A stretch of DNA of 64,000 bases from Selaginella moellendorffii (Eukaryota > Plantae > Lycopodiophyta), in the NCBI RefSeq assembly GCF_000143415.4, contig NW_003314331.1, positions 933,800-997,799 of the forward strand, in the 5' to 3' direction. Numbering within the stretch: position 1 is the first letter of the stretch; every line of letters begins with the position of its first letter. Below are positions 1 through 11,946 of this stretch, piece after piece. The notes below the pieces were generated by a model, which saw only the letters and a program-made list of their open reading frames with translations, had not been told where the DNA came from and did no database searches. The position numbers and the translations under genes are program-made.

Positions 1-19
1 GTAGCAGGGCTTGCCGGGA

Positions 20-335
20 AAGAGGTATCGACGTTGAAGGGAAGAACGTGGTGGCCTGGAACTCTATGCTGTGCGCATATGCACATATCCCGCGAATGGT
101 GTCTTTGAAATGATGGCTCACCGCGACCAGATCTTTTGGACGATACCAGAAACCATTTTGAAAATCCAAAGTTTCTCTTGGGTAGGATTAAGAGGCTCCT
201 CTGCCACCTCCAATCCTTGCGATCGGCTGGACGGCAGTGGTGGCAGGCTTAAGGTTGGTTCGAGAGAATTCCAGTGCGAGACTTACAAAGAAAAAACACT
301 TTTTTACTCAAACAGTAGATGCCAAACCTTACAAT
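20..335 (+). pseudogene. PPR gene relic; inverted copy of 3349-3680
   Basis: KNVVAWNSMLCAYA-type PPR motif with frameshifts; the translation HRDQIFWTIPETILKIQSFSW recurs on the minus strand at ~3470-3610. Confidence 0.65.
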
Positions 336-1575
336 CTAGATTAAAATATGAACACTCCTTACTGCCATTTTACTATGGATTTTTCAGTTCACTATAGCTC
401 ACTACTTTTGTATGTTCCTTAGAAGTTGTAACAAATCAAGAGAATATGTGCATCCTGCTTGTATATCCCTTAATCCTGGCTCTTAGTTGCATGAGAACTC
501 TTACCTTCTAGCTAGCTGCTAGCTTCTTTGAGGTCCTCTCTCGACATAGCCATGCAGCAAAGTAATCCATGAGATTGAGTTCCTCAATGTCAAAGGTGTT
601 ATTTTCGGAGGTGATGTTGAGATTTGTCTTGGTAATCAAGTAGATTTGAGACATAAATTCCGTCAAAGCATTAACCAAGAAACCACTGCTCTTCACTTTA
701 ATTCCCGTAGAAAACAATAAGATTATTAAAATCTTAAATTAGTGGAAACTAGACAAATTTGAAGTTGTTTAGCCACTTTATTATACACCTCCTCTTTTCG
801 TGCATGTAACTCCCTTATCTTTGGAGTGCCTCCAATATGTACTCATCTCAGGCTGTTCAAGTGAAGAATTGTGCTAATCAGTTTGTTTAGAAAATAGCAA
901 GTGCTCCTCAATTGTGAGTTAACTATATTTTAATTATCTTACCTGTTGAATCACGAGAGCTTAGTGGTTTGTCTTCTTCCACTTCAAGTCTCTTCAGTTT
1001 TCTACAACTAGACCTCAACCTCAACTTTTACATAGGTAGTCTTCAATATCTTGATCATAGTTTCAAGAGCTGCTTCATTACTAACCTTAAATGATCAACA
1101 TCCTCATTGTCTGCATAATTTTTGAGCCAATGCAGCCTTTGTCTTGACGTACAGTACGTCACTGGTCAAACATCCAGCTGAGACATCTTGTTCTGATTGC
1201 AATGAGGATAATCATGTCATAATTTGTTGAAGTTTATAACAACAAATTAATAAGTTGTTAAGAGAAAAAAAAAACATTTTGATTAAGATTTTTAAACCAT
1301 AGTTTTTAATAAAATAAATCACGACCATCAAAAATTAAAAAAACCTAAAATCTAAACCAAACAAAAAAAATATACTTCTTATGAAAAAGAATAAGCACAA
1401 TTCACTAATCAGAATTAGTGATCCTGAAAGTTACCTGATTGCATAGCATTTTTCAGTACATATAAGCTCCTAATCAAAGCCGTTTTGTGTGGGCGAAATC
1501 TTTGATCGAGCCTTGGCACCAAAAGACTTTTCTTCCCAGCTATCTTTTTTACATAAAACTCTACCTATTTAGTGG

Positions 1576-2859
1576 TCAGTCGTCATATTCGTCTTCCTCG
1601 TCTTCATCAGGATCGTCTTCTTGTTTCCTGGATTTGGTGCTCAAAACCTCCTTGCCTCCTTTCGACTCTTCAATGTCCTTGCGGAGCCGATCCATGTCTG
1701 CTTGACGGCGCTTCTCTTCAAGCCTCGCTTTCTCGGCTTTCTTCTTCTCGAGCTCCACCCTACTCAAGCATGCTCGTTTGATAAACCCGAAGAGAAAAAA
1801 ATTTAAAAACAAACACCAAGAAAGACTTACAAGTAGCCTGTCCTGTACTCCTCGGCACTCTCCTTCACCGCCTTGAAAAACTCCACCATTCCGGATCCAG
1901 TGATGGCTGAAACCCCCACCGATCGAAGGTTGTTGTAAAACTCGTCCAAGACCAAGCACAGGCTCTTGCTGAGAGACGCAGCATACGAAGTGTCCGACTC
2001 GACTGCTAACTGAAAAGCCTCGAAGTCTTTCATCCACTGCACCGAGAAAAATTCTTTGAAACACGCGTCTCAACCTGGCAAGCAGAAAGGTACCTCGAGA
2101 GCGAACTGGTGCTTCACCACGTCCGTCTTGTTAAACGTGACAATGAACGGCAGCTGCGTCTTGTAGAGAATGCTGCAGGCGTAGAGCATGTTGCTCATGA
2201 ACGTAACTGGGCTGACGGAGCGAGAGGTGTCCACAACGTAGATCACGGACGTCGGAAAGGTGCACGCAAAGGCCTCCGTGACGATCGCGCCCGACGCCGA
2301 CCAAGTGAAAATCTCGATCTGTCCGGGTGTGTCGATGAGCACGTAGTCCACTTCGTTGGCTCTCTTCTCCACAAGGCTCACGATCTAAGAACAAAACCAG
2401 CAAGTATGATCCGCGAACTCCTTTCGTTTTCAACGCAAGAAAAAGCACTAGCTCACCTCATCGATCTTCGTCGCGAAGAGATTGAGCGATGTGAGAATCG
2501 CTCCATTCGGTCCGAGGCGGTACTCTTTCATCACATTCTTGTAGTTGACAGTGTCACGGATGTCGATGTTACAGCCGTAAGGTACCGACGGCACCGCGGG
2601 ATCGAGATTAAGAACGTAGGGCCGCTGCTTCATGGCGTGGATCTCCCCGACAAGGCGCTGCATCAGCGTCGTCTTCCCACTGCCTACGCAAGGGAGGAGG
2701 AGAAAGAGGGAATTTCTCGGCCTGGTGGGGTGGGAGAGCAATGCACTCACCGGCCATTCCGATGACGATCAGCACCACTGGCCTCTTGTCCGACACCTCC
2801 ATTCTTTCCATCTTGTCGCGCACATCCTCCTCCTCCTCGTCCATTCGCTCCACCTCCAT
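1576..2859 (-). CDS. GPN1: GPN-loop GTPase 1 (XAB1/Npa3 family), 5 exons: 2859-2751, 2683-2457, 2384-2094, 2036-1831, 1759-1576
   Basis: GMAGSGKTT P-loop across intron 1, [37 protein letters not shown], acidic C-terminus; GT-AG introns keep the frame. Confidence 0.95.
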
Positions 2860-2942
2860 CGCTAAAACCCTAGACCTAAAAACCCAAATGACCTAAATCA
2901 CAAGCTCTATAAATCCAGCAAAGTTTCCTTTTAAAAACAGCC
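2860..2942. promoter_or_regulatory. 83-bp divergent intergenic region with telo-box and TATA-like element
   Basis: AAACCCTA at 2865-2872 and TATAAAT at 2908-2914, between two head-to-head ATGs. Confidence 0.5.
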
Positions 2943-3353
2943 ATGGCTCAGGTCAAGATGTTAATGGTGGTGGTGGTGATGGTGGCGCTACTGTTGCTCG
3001 CAGAGGGAATTGAAGGAAGGAGAGATCCTCTTAGCAGGGGAAGTGGAGGATCCAAAGGAGGCGGTGGAGGATCGAAAGGAAGTGGTGGAGGATCCCAAGG
3101 AGGCGGTGGATCAAAAGGAAGTGGTGGAGGATCGAAAGGAGGCGGTGGATCAAAAGGAAGCGGTGGAGGATCCAAAGGAAGTGGTGGAGGATCGAAAGGA
3201 GGCGGTGGATCAAAAGGAAGTGGTGGAGGGATCTTCCCAAACTGCCCAGTCTGTTCACAAATCATATTTGACGACAGTGGTTCTTCTCGGTGCTCCGCCA
3301 CCTCCACCGCCACTGCCATCGCTGCCGCCGCCGCAGCTTTGGCTGTCCTGTAA
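2943..3353 (+). CDS. Secreted glycine-rich protein (GGGSKGS repeats), possible GPI anchor
   Basis: Hydrophobic signal peptide, strong AACAGCCATGG start context, ~65 aa of Gly/Ser/Lys repeats, CPVC, small-residue spacer then hydrophobic tail ATAIAAAAAALAVL*. Confidence 0.75.
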   Translation: MAQVKMLMVVVVMVALLLLAEGIEGRRDPLSRGSGGSKGGGGGSKGSGGGSQGGGGSKGSGGGSKGGGGSKGSGGGSKGSGGGSKGGGGSKGSGGGIFPNCPVCSQIIFDDSGSSRCSATSTATAIAAAAAALAVL

Positions 3354-3680
3354 GGTTTGACATCTACTGTTTGAGTAAAGAAGTGTTGTTTTTTATTTTG
3401 GTAAGTCTCGCACTCTCGAACCAACCTCGTCCAGGCGATCGCATCACGCCCTGGAAGAGGCTTGGAGGAGCCTCTTAATCCTATCCAAGAGAAACTTTGG
3501 ATTTTCAAGATGGTTTCTAGTGTCGTCCAAAAGATCTCGTCGCGGTGAGACATCTTTTTGAAGAGATCATTCGCGCCATATCCGCACAGCATAGAGTTCC
3601 AGGCCACCAGGCCACCACGTCTTTCTTTGGGAGCGTCTCAAAGCCTCTAAAACGTCGATACCTCTTTTTGGCAAGTCATG
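3349..3680 (-). pseudogene. PPR gene relic; inverted partner of 20-335
   Basis: AWNSMLCGYGA motif; reverse complement aligns with the window start. Confidence 0.6.
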
Positions 3681-4029
3681 CTACAGTTAATCGAGCCATG
3701 GGATTTTGGGAGGCTCTAGCGTTTCAATCAAGACAGGGATAACGCAAAGAGCTGCGTCGTCAAAGATATAGCGATTTGCTCCCTTTGGAAGACTCTGCTG
3801 CTCAAGTATCACAATTCTTGATTGGTATCAAAGTTAATGAATGATATTAATGCGACTAAAACGTCAAACACTGGAATATGGATGGCAATGCAATGCCTCG
3901 GGATTGTGCTCAAGACGTATAAAGATGGTATCTGGGAGTTGAAGAGGCACAACTTGGTGTGTTACGTGAATTTGACAATGTGAGTCTTTTATATATGCAC
4001 AAAAACACCCTCGTTCCCGGACCATGGTG

Positions 4030-5305
4030 CTTGACATGGAAGCCAGGACTTGAACCTCGGACGTCCACCCCGTCCATCATCCAACGGCCATGATGCGATG
4101 CGCGTTCCTGGTATCCAAGAGCTTGCCGCCCTTCGGGGCCGGGGACGTGCAGCAGCTCTTCGACCTCATCCCTGCCAAGAATTCCATCACCTGGAACGCG
4201 ATGACCGCGATGTGCTCGCAGAGTGGCAATCTCCGCGAGGAGGAGGCGGTATAGCAAACCCTCGTTTTTAGCACCGCCATGATCGTGGCATATGCCCATA
4301 ACCGGCATCACTCACATGCGCGTGAGGTGTTCGATTCCCTGGCCCAAAAGGACGTGGTGGCGTGGAGGGCTATGATCTAAGGCCACTTCCAGAACCAGCG
4401 GCTAGATGAAGCTAAAGATCTCTTGGATAGAATGCCCACAAAGAATGTAGTAACATGGACGACCAGGATCACAGCATGTGCCCAGGAAGGGCATATGGAG
4501 CAAGAAAAGAGTCTCTTTGAAAATGCCCCGGAACTTAATGAGGTGGAAATTACGGCTATGATCGACGGCTACGCATCTAATGGCTGCGTAGAAGAGGCTA
4601 AATATGTTTTTGAGAGGCTGCCAAAAAAAGATGTGGTGGCTTAGAATTCCATGCTTTGTGCATATGCCGAGAATGGGCATTTTGAAGAGGCACTAAAAGA
4701 TGGCTCACCGCGATTGGGCGACAATGATCCATCTGCTTGTCTCTAGAAACCATCTCAAAAATGCAAAATTTATTTTCAATCGAGTGCCTTACGATAGCAA
4801 GACGGCAAGCACAGCACTCCTCTCAGCCTATCTCTGGAACAGCCACCTCCAAGAAGCAATGAGGCTCTTCCAGAGGGCGGGCGTCGCAAGGGACTCCTCT
4901 TGGAGGATTGAGTTTGGTTCGAGAGAATGCCAAAGCAAGACTTGGTCTCACAGACTGCAGTGGGGTGGCCATGTATGCTTCCACCGGGCATGTGACAGAA
5001 GCCTTGGAAACCTTCCATAGGATCATTCTGGAGAGCGTGATGTTGTCTTTACGAGCGTGCTTGCAGCATGCTGCCACTCAGGCATCATGAAAATCTCTTG
5101 GGACTACTTTCAGTCAATGATCCAGGACTATGGAGTCAAGCCCATGGGAGAACACTATTGCAGGCTTGTGGAAGTGTTTGCAAGGGCCGAGGCCGAAAAG
5201 CAGCATGAGTGTTGCTTGGGTCTTGCTGCTTGCCAGAAGATCCATAAGGATCTTGAATATGGAGCTCCAGCTGCCGAGAGGCTCTTGGTGCGGGTTATTT
5301 ACTAA
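4030..5305 (+). pseudogene. Degenerate PLS-class PPR gene with E-domain remnant
   Basis: MPTKNVVTWT, LPKKDVVA*, LAACCHSG...QDYGVKPMGEHYCRLVEVFARA; several stops and frameshifts. Confidence 0.85.
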
Positions 5306-5496
5306 AGTGTATTAACCTGATTTATAAAAATCATTTACAATTAAGCTAGGGCTCGCATTCTTTCTATATGCAATGAAGAGGACGTGGGAGTATGAGGAAT
5401 GGAGTATTGCAACACTCAGACATCACTACCAAAACAAAGAACAAAAAGGTAAAGGTGAAGAGGTGACACACAATTCTTTGCTACTACTACCAGCTT

Positions 5497-5990
5497 TGGA
5501 GGAGAAACCATGCTTGTGTTAGAAATGGACAAGAAATTAATCCATGCCCACAAGGCCACAGTGTCCCTCAAGCTCTTCAGTTGGAAAACTCTTTCACTGG
5601 AAGTGCTATCTTGTGGCAAAAAGGTTGGGCATGGATACATTTCTAGACGAGATGAGTAAGATATGTGAGATTGTGGTCTTTACTCCGAGTGGTGAAACCA
5701 TATGTAAACAAGAACTTGAATAAGCTCAACCCAGCTAGGAATCTCTTTGCCCATCACCTCTACAAGGATTCATGCTCCACCAAGAAGTCGAAGGGAGAAA
5801 GGTTGTGAAAGATTTTTTGAGATTAGGGTGGGATGGTGATTGTGGACGACAAGCCAAAGTCCTTTTGCTTGCAGCCTAACAATGGAATTATTATCCGTGC
5901 ATTCAAAAATAAGAAAGGGCATAAGTATGATGAATTGAAGACAATAAGCAAAGAAAATTTCAAATGTTGAAGATGTAAGACAAGCATTGG
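5497..5990 (+). pseudogene. NIF/FCP1-like (CTD small phosphatase) pseudogene
   Basis: Frameshifted fragments LVLEMDKKLIHA (degraded DxDxT), KRLGMDTFLDEMSKICEIVVFT, FAHHLYKDSC, VIVDDKPKSFCLQPNNGIIIRAF. Confidence 0.7.
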
Positions 5991-6178
5991 AGAAGCTAAA
6001 AAGTTAAACAAAAGATCTCGTAAAAAAGAAACTCATGTATCCACTGTGTATGCTGTAACACTGTTCACTCTAATTGATTGTGGCATAGTTTCCCTCACGA
6101 AAACAAATGTCCAATTTAAACTTTGGAAACAATGTCATGGCAAATCATAATCAGAAAAGCATTCAGTCTGATTAATAC

Positions 6179-7255
6179 TTAAGCAGCAGCATCATCCAAA
6201 GAGAGCCAATCGATATACCTTTGCAGAGAGAATACGACGCAGCTCTTTGCGTTCTCTTCAATCTCTCTGTCCTGAAATGCACCGTAGAGCCTCTCAAAAT
6301 CCCATGGCTCGATTACCTGGCCTATCCTTTTAGCGTGGCTCGACGAGAGTGGTATATAGTTTGGATACGATCTCATTATGCTCACTGTTTTGTTGTCCAT
6401 CCCCACCTACAAATCAAACATGGAGTGAGGAAAACAAAACGAAAACAAAGTTTGTAAACGAGAGAAGTTTATACCTGTAAGATATCTCCAGTGAATAAAA
6501 CACCCCTCCCCTGAGCTCCATGAGACCAGTGGAGGATTTGAGCACCAGCAAAATGGCCACCTAAATGTAAAAGCGTGAGTCCCTCCCATAGCTGGAATGT
6601 TTTGCCCTCCCAGAACTTTACGTTTTCGTGCTGGTAAACCACCCATTTCTTATCCCTGCCATAGTATCGATACAGAGAAATCGAAATGAAAGAGAGAAAC
6701 AAAGGTAGACAATACCATTCGTGGATATAAACCGGGACGCCTCCAAAAGCCTCGCTCCATCGAGAGTTTGTGCTGTAGTAATGCGGGTGAGAGATGGCAA
6801 TCGCTCTCAATCCACCTAGCGACTTGATTATCTCCACTGTGGCATCGTCTAGAAATGAGATGCAGTCCCACAGTATGTTTCCCTCTATCAAAAACATAAA
6901 AACCATTAAAAAAAATGCACAACGGCCATAGCTCCAAACATACATACCTTGAGTCTGGATGAGAAACGCACGCTGTCCAATGCCAAACTTTGGAAAGGTT
7001 ATGATCTCGAAGACCTGCGGCTCATGCTTCTTGAAACCATTGCGAAACTGCAATCTCATCTTGCTCATGGACGTCCATACCTGGCCTTCCCTAAAACTAA
7101 ATGTCAGGAAAACTCGAGGGCAAAAATCTTAGATGGGCATACCTTGGAACGAACTGGCGATCATCGGAGCAAATAATACACGACGAAGGCGGGCCTTGGG
7201 AGGATGTTGGAGGGAACTCCACCCCACAAGTCTTACAAATATGACCATCCGCCAT
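6179..7255 (-). CDS. YmaE-like metallo-beta-lactamase-fold hydrolase, 5 exons (7255-7143, 7090-6948, 6884-6716, 6655-6475, 6406-6179)
   Basis: Spliced protein has ICKTCG...CIICSDDRQFVP, GQVWTS, FGIGQRAFL, GNILWDC, IAISHPHYY, GGHFAG, LFTGD, SIMRSYPNYIPL; all GT-AG junctions keep the frame. Confidence 0.85.
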
Positions 7256-7423
7256 AAAATGCCTGCCCCAATTTTGGTACAAATTACAATACCGCTAAAT
7301 ACCTCCACGTATGGAGCTCCATAAGTTTGAAATCCGAGAGTGTTAACAAGGATTCTCGTGGTGTCTTTGTAAAGCAATAACGCCGTCCATTGCTTAGAAA
7401 CCTTAAGAGATAACCATAGAAGG

Positions 7424-7997
7424 ACAAAAGGACAACACTATCCATACTTATGGAAACATCGTCTACATGAAATGCACATCTACTATACGATTCGGACGAC
7501 TGTCCTAAGACCATCACAAGAAAAGTGATTTATATTTTGGAGAGAACTAAACGAGTGAAAAATCGGTGGCCATAGAGACTGGATCCCTCCAAATACTCTG
7601 CATTCTAGGAGAAAGATGGACAGACCTTGAGATCCTCTGACGGTATCGGCTTCTGGATGATGTGGAGGTGGAGGTCAGACTTGCTTACTATCACTTGCAT
7701 GTCCAAGCCTCCTGTTTGAGCGGTGTTGGACGCTCCATTGAAGCAAGTGCATATAACACGGTTAAAGACGTTTCTTACTGGAAAGCCATCGTTATAGAGC
7801 AGCTGATTGGGGACGACTATCAGCTAGAATGCAGCGTATTTGGAGGGATCCAGTCTCCATGGCCACCTCATTTAGTCCTGTCCAAATTATCATTGACTTT
7901 TACTGTGATGGTCTTAGGACAATCGTCCGAATCGTATAGTAGATATGCATTTCATGTAGACGATGTTTCCATAAGTATGGATAGTGTTGTCCTTTTG
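7424..7997. repeat. Nested inverted repeat (foldback): arms ~7424-7518/7903-7997 and 7565-7608/7824-7867
   Basis: Outer ~95-bp arms are near-identical reverse complements; inner 44-bp arms have 2 mismatches. Confidence 0.9.
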
Positions 7998-8581
7998 GAG
8001 AGTGCTGGTTTGTCCGATCATCACAACCGTGTCAACATAACCGAAAACTCTTTTGGCTGTGAAACAACTGGAAAAGAAAAAACAAGAAGAGAACAAACGG
8101 AAAAAGCGCTTACCGGATAGGATGGATCTTACACTGCCGCTGAGACGCTCAACCCAAAAGTAAGCTGCGCAAACATTAGGAGATGATATCCGTTTGATCC
8201 ATCGCCAGGAAAAGGAGCCTGCTCTCTTACAGTCTCCCGTCCAGGAAGACGAGTTTGGCTCCATCGTGCATAACAGTGGACTACATAAAGACAAGATGAT
8301 AAAGCTGTCAATTCATGAGCTCGCTGAAACATACCGAGTTCCAAACCAATGAAAACACAGAAAGAAGAAGAAGAAGAAGAAGTACCCACACTACTGATGG
8401 AGTAGAATTTTTGTTTTTTGAAGTTTGAATTTTTGTTCTTTGTAGCATCTTTGCCAGAACGCGAGCTGTTTTCTAGCTCTGTATAGGTTGCTCGCTGGAG
8501 ACAAGTGGCTAGAGACTGCTCCGGAAACCACGCATTAAGATTAAGATTAGTTGCAGCGCAACCACTTCAAAAGTTGATGAA

Positions 8582-8606
8582 TGCGGTGAGCGTGGATCGA
8601 ACACGC

Positions 8607-8649
<43 letters not shown>

Positions 8650-8654
8650 CCCGC
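8582..8654 (-). tRNA. tRNA-Phe: tRNA-Phe(GAA), intact
   Basis: GCGGGGATAGCTCAGTTGGGAGAGCGTCAGACTGAAGATCTGAAGGTCGCGTGTTCGATCCACGCTCACCGCA, the canonical plant cytosolic tRNA-Phe; TTTT run just downstream. Confidence 0.98.
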
Positions 8655-8699
8655 TTGAGCTTAATAAAATTAGTCCAATTCACAGCAATTCTTCTTTGT

Positions 8700-8960
8700 G
8701 ACGCCAGATGTTGTACAGCGGCTACTCTAACGAGTTCCTCTTCAATCTCCTCCTAGTATCTGTGAGATCTTCTAATGACAAGGACGAAGGTGGCAATAAC
8801 GTTTTCAGATGAGATTTCCTGGGGCAGCTCCAAGCAGTAGGCCGGCGATGCGCGCGGCGTCTTCTCCGTGATCGCCCCAATCTATTGTGATCGAAGCCAA
8901 AACGGGCATCTGGATCAAGCTCAGTATGAGAATCAAATGATCATTGCCTACGCGTGCTTG
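8700..8960 (+). pseudogene. Short relic of the PPR gene type found intact at 25149
   Basis: CAGCGGCTACTC..TTCCTCTTCAATCTC and GATGCGCGC..GTCTTCTCC match 25270-25400. Confidence 0.55.
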
Positions 8961-9747
8961 GCGAGTGAAAGAGGCTAAAAGTTTGTTTGGCTGAATTCTG
9001 GAAAGTAGTGAATCAGATGATAAACAGCATTTACCTCGAACCGCCATCTGGACGAACTTGGAAATCTGTTCCGCTTTGCGCTTCAAAGGCTTACTATAAG
9101 AACAGGAGCTTTTTCTGTTCTGTTGTTTTTCTTTTCTTTTTTTTATTCAATTCACTTTCAGATTGAATCAGATAAAAGTTCCAAGGATTGTGGAATTGAG
9201 TCAGTTTTTACTTCTTACCTTTTTATATTTTCTTTCTTTCCAGTCAGTACTGTTATGAGACGTTCCCAGCACCGAGCTCGCGTCGCGGGGCCATTCGGTG
9301 TGCACGTACTCGCATCCGGCGACATGCAAAGACTTGAAGCTCCTCACCCTGCAACGTTCTCGCGAAGCCCGTAACAAGTTCTCCCGATGATTTTTCTGTG
9401 TCGATGTTCGTCACTTGCAACTCATCGCTATCCTCTGATTTAAAGGGTGTTACGGCAGCCCAGTGCGGCTTTCAAACCGGCTGCAGCCTTGGTCTTAATT
9501 GCTAGGGCCTCCATGCGTCAAGATTTTGAGGCAGTCACGAGTATTATTTGATGCTTTGTTGCTTTTGCTCCTAAGAGCAGATCAAAGCGAAAAATCTTCG
9601 GATCTGCAGGTGGCGCTTTATTCTCCACAGAAGGAACCCACCTGGAGAGCTCAGCCCTCGACGCATGGATGCCTCAGGAACCGGCGCTTGTCAAGGCATG
9701 CAATGGGAGGCATCTAAATAGCAGAGGCTCTACATTGGTTGTCTAGA

Positions 9748-11946
9748 ATGGCGCACTGTCTGCACTGCGTAGCGATTCCAAGTTCAACGTTTAGGAAGCT
9801 TGGCATCAGTGACATCCCCACGAAGAAAATCCCGCTCGGGAGATGGAGTAAAAATACCGCAAGGTGTACGCTACAAACTGAGAAGCAGGTAAGGGTCGAT
9901 TTGTGGTTTTCCTGGGTTCATGTGGCTCAATTGTTCAGTGGATTGTATTAGGGATCTACGCCTTCCACAGGCAAGGGTGCAGTACCAGGTGTTCGAGATA
10001 CAGTATGGGACCAAAAGCAGCTTGCTGTGCCAAGCAACCCGAAGCTTCAGCAGAACACGCATGCAGATGTCATTGTGGTTGGAGGAGGAATCGCTGGTAT
10101 AAGCGTAGCCTACAATCTTGCCAAAGCTGGCAAACAGGTTGTAGTCTTGGAGGCTCGTGCGATAGGTGAGTTTCGTTTGTCCTATTGTTCACTTATAGCA
10201 ACAGAAAACTTTAGGAAGCGGCCAAACGGGCAAGACAACTGCACATCTTATGCCATGGTTTGATGACTACTACTTCGAAGCAGAGAGCACCCTTGGGAGT
10301 GATAAATTGAACCTCATTGCTGATGCACAATATGGCGCGATTGATTGGATAGAGAATGTCGTCAAGGAAGAGGGTATTGAATGCAATTTTAGAAGACTTC
10401 CAGGGTACCTTGTGCCAGTTGAAGACGACCAACAGAATGCCGAAAAAATCCGTAAAGTAGAGACCAAGCATGTTTGGTGGACCTGATTTTCTGATCAGCC
10501 GGGTTGATTCCAGGAGTACGAAGCATGCAAACGAGCGGGTTTAAATGACGTGCGGCTCGAGGATTTGAAACACGATCCCAAAAACGGAAATTTTGGCATG
10601 GCCCTTGTCTTTCCAAACGCGGGGGAGTTCCAGCCGATATTGTAAGCCCGTTTCTTCCCCTTTCATTGCTTTGCACGAGCTGAAACACACCTTCTGGAAA
10701 GGTATGTTAAGGGGCTGGCAGAGGCAGCCAAGAAGCATGGAGCTCAAATCTTCGAGCAGACATCAGTCGTTCAACATGAAGGGACTAAAGTCGTAACGGA
10801 CGCAGGTCACACCGTCACAGCCAAGGCTCTCGTCTTAGCTACAAACTCCCCCATCAACAAAAACTTGGCAATTCATGCTCGACAGTACGCACGACGAAGC
10901 TACGTGGTTGGCCTCAAAGTTCCCAAGGGAGCTATCGAGTAAGAAATTGCTTTTTCTTTGAATACTATAGAGGTGTGTTTTTTCCTACAGCCGCGCCTCA
11001 TGGTGGGATACAGCCTCTCCTTACCATTACGTAAGGCTTGAGGACAAGGACGACTATGAAGTCTTGGTCGTTGGTGGAGAGGATCACAAAGTTGGAATTG
11101 AGCCGAATCAATACTTGGACCGGCATGGCAGTCTAGAGGCATGGGCTCGTTCTCACTGGCCTGCAGCTCAGGAGCTACTGTACAAGTGGTCTGGCCAGGT
11201 TGGTCTGAGATTGGTGAACAAGTCTAACTTGTTTCATTTTACTAGGTCTATATGCCATCAGATTTCCTCCATCTACACGGTCATGATCCATTGAACACCG
11301 AGAATGTTTATGTTGCGACCGGTGAGTGTTGCCCGTTCTTAAACAAATTGTGTTTACGGATTCGAGTATGTTTGATTCAGGTGACAGCGGCCAGGGAATG
11401 ACTGGTGGCACTATAGCTGGTGTAGTGATTTCGAATTCGATTCTCGGACACAAACACAGATGGGGCGACCTCTTTGATCCTTCTCGGTTCCCTCCGGCTT
11501 CACTGACCTCGGCCCAAATGCTTGCCCAAGAAGTCGGGGAGAATATTGAGGTAAGCTTCTGTTTTCACTCGGATTAAGTTCAAGCCACTTCATTACAGGG
11601 TTTTAAAAACGTCCTCCCGGGACAAGGACTGACGAAGCTCACCGTGGACAGCATCCTACTTGACGAGGGAGCTATCATCCAAGAAGGATTGAACAAAGAA
11701 GCAGTATATAGAGACTCTTCAGGGAACGTGCAGAGATATTCCGGTATGGAAGAAACGCTCCTTTCATGTTCTAAAAGTTTACAATTTCTCTGCACAGCTA
11801 TATGTCCACACTTAGGCTGCGCCGTCAAGTGGAACCCGAGCGATAAGACGTTCGACTGCCCTTGCCATGGATCGCAGTTTGATGTACAGGGTGTGGTCGT
11901 AAACGGACCTTCTCCAACAAACTTGACTCCAATGTCCTACAACTGA
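9748..11946 (+). CDS. YhfW-like FAD-dependent oxidoreductase with C-terminal Rieske [2Fe-2S] domain; multi-exon; probable organellar transit peptide
   Basis: Exon 1 9748-9888 is basic and Ser/Thr-rich; [12 protein letters not shown], spliced [50 protein letters not shown]...[10 protein letters not shown]; frame is continuous across the GT-AG introns checked. Confidence 0.88.

Noticed and set aside
2948-3607. 219-aa proline-rich minus-strand ORF
   Set aside because: Antisense shadow of the Gly-rich repeat fused to a PPR relic
6179-11946. Bacterial contamination explaining the microbial-type genes
   Set aside because: Both have multiple spliceosomal introns and are embedded among plant PPR and tRNA sequences
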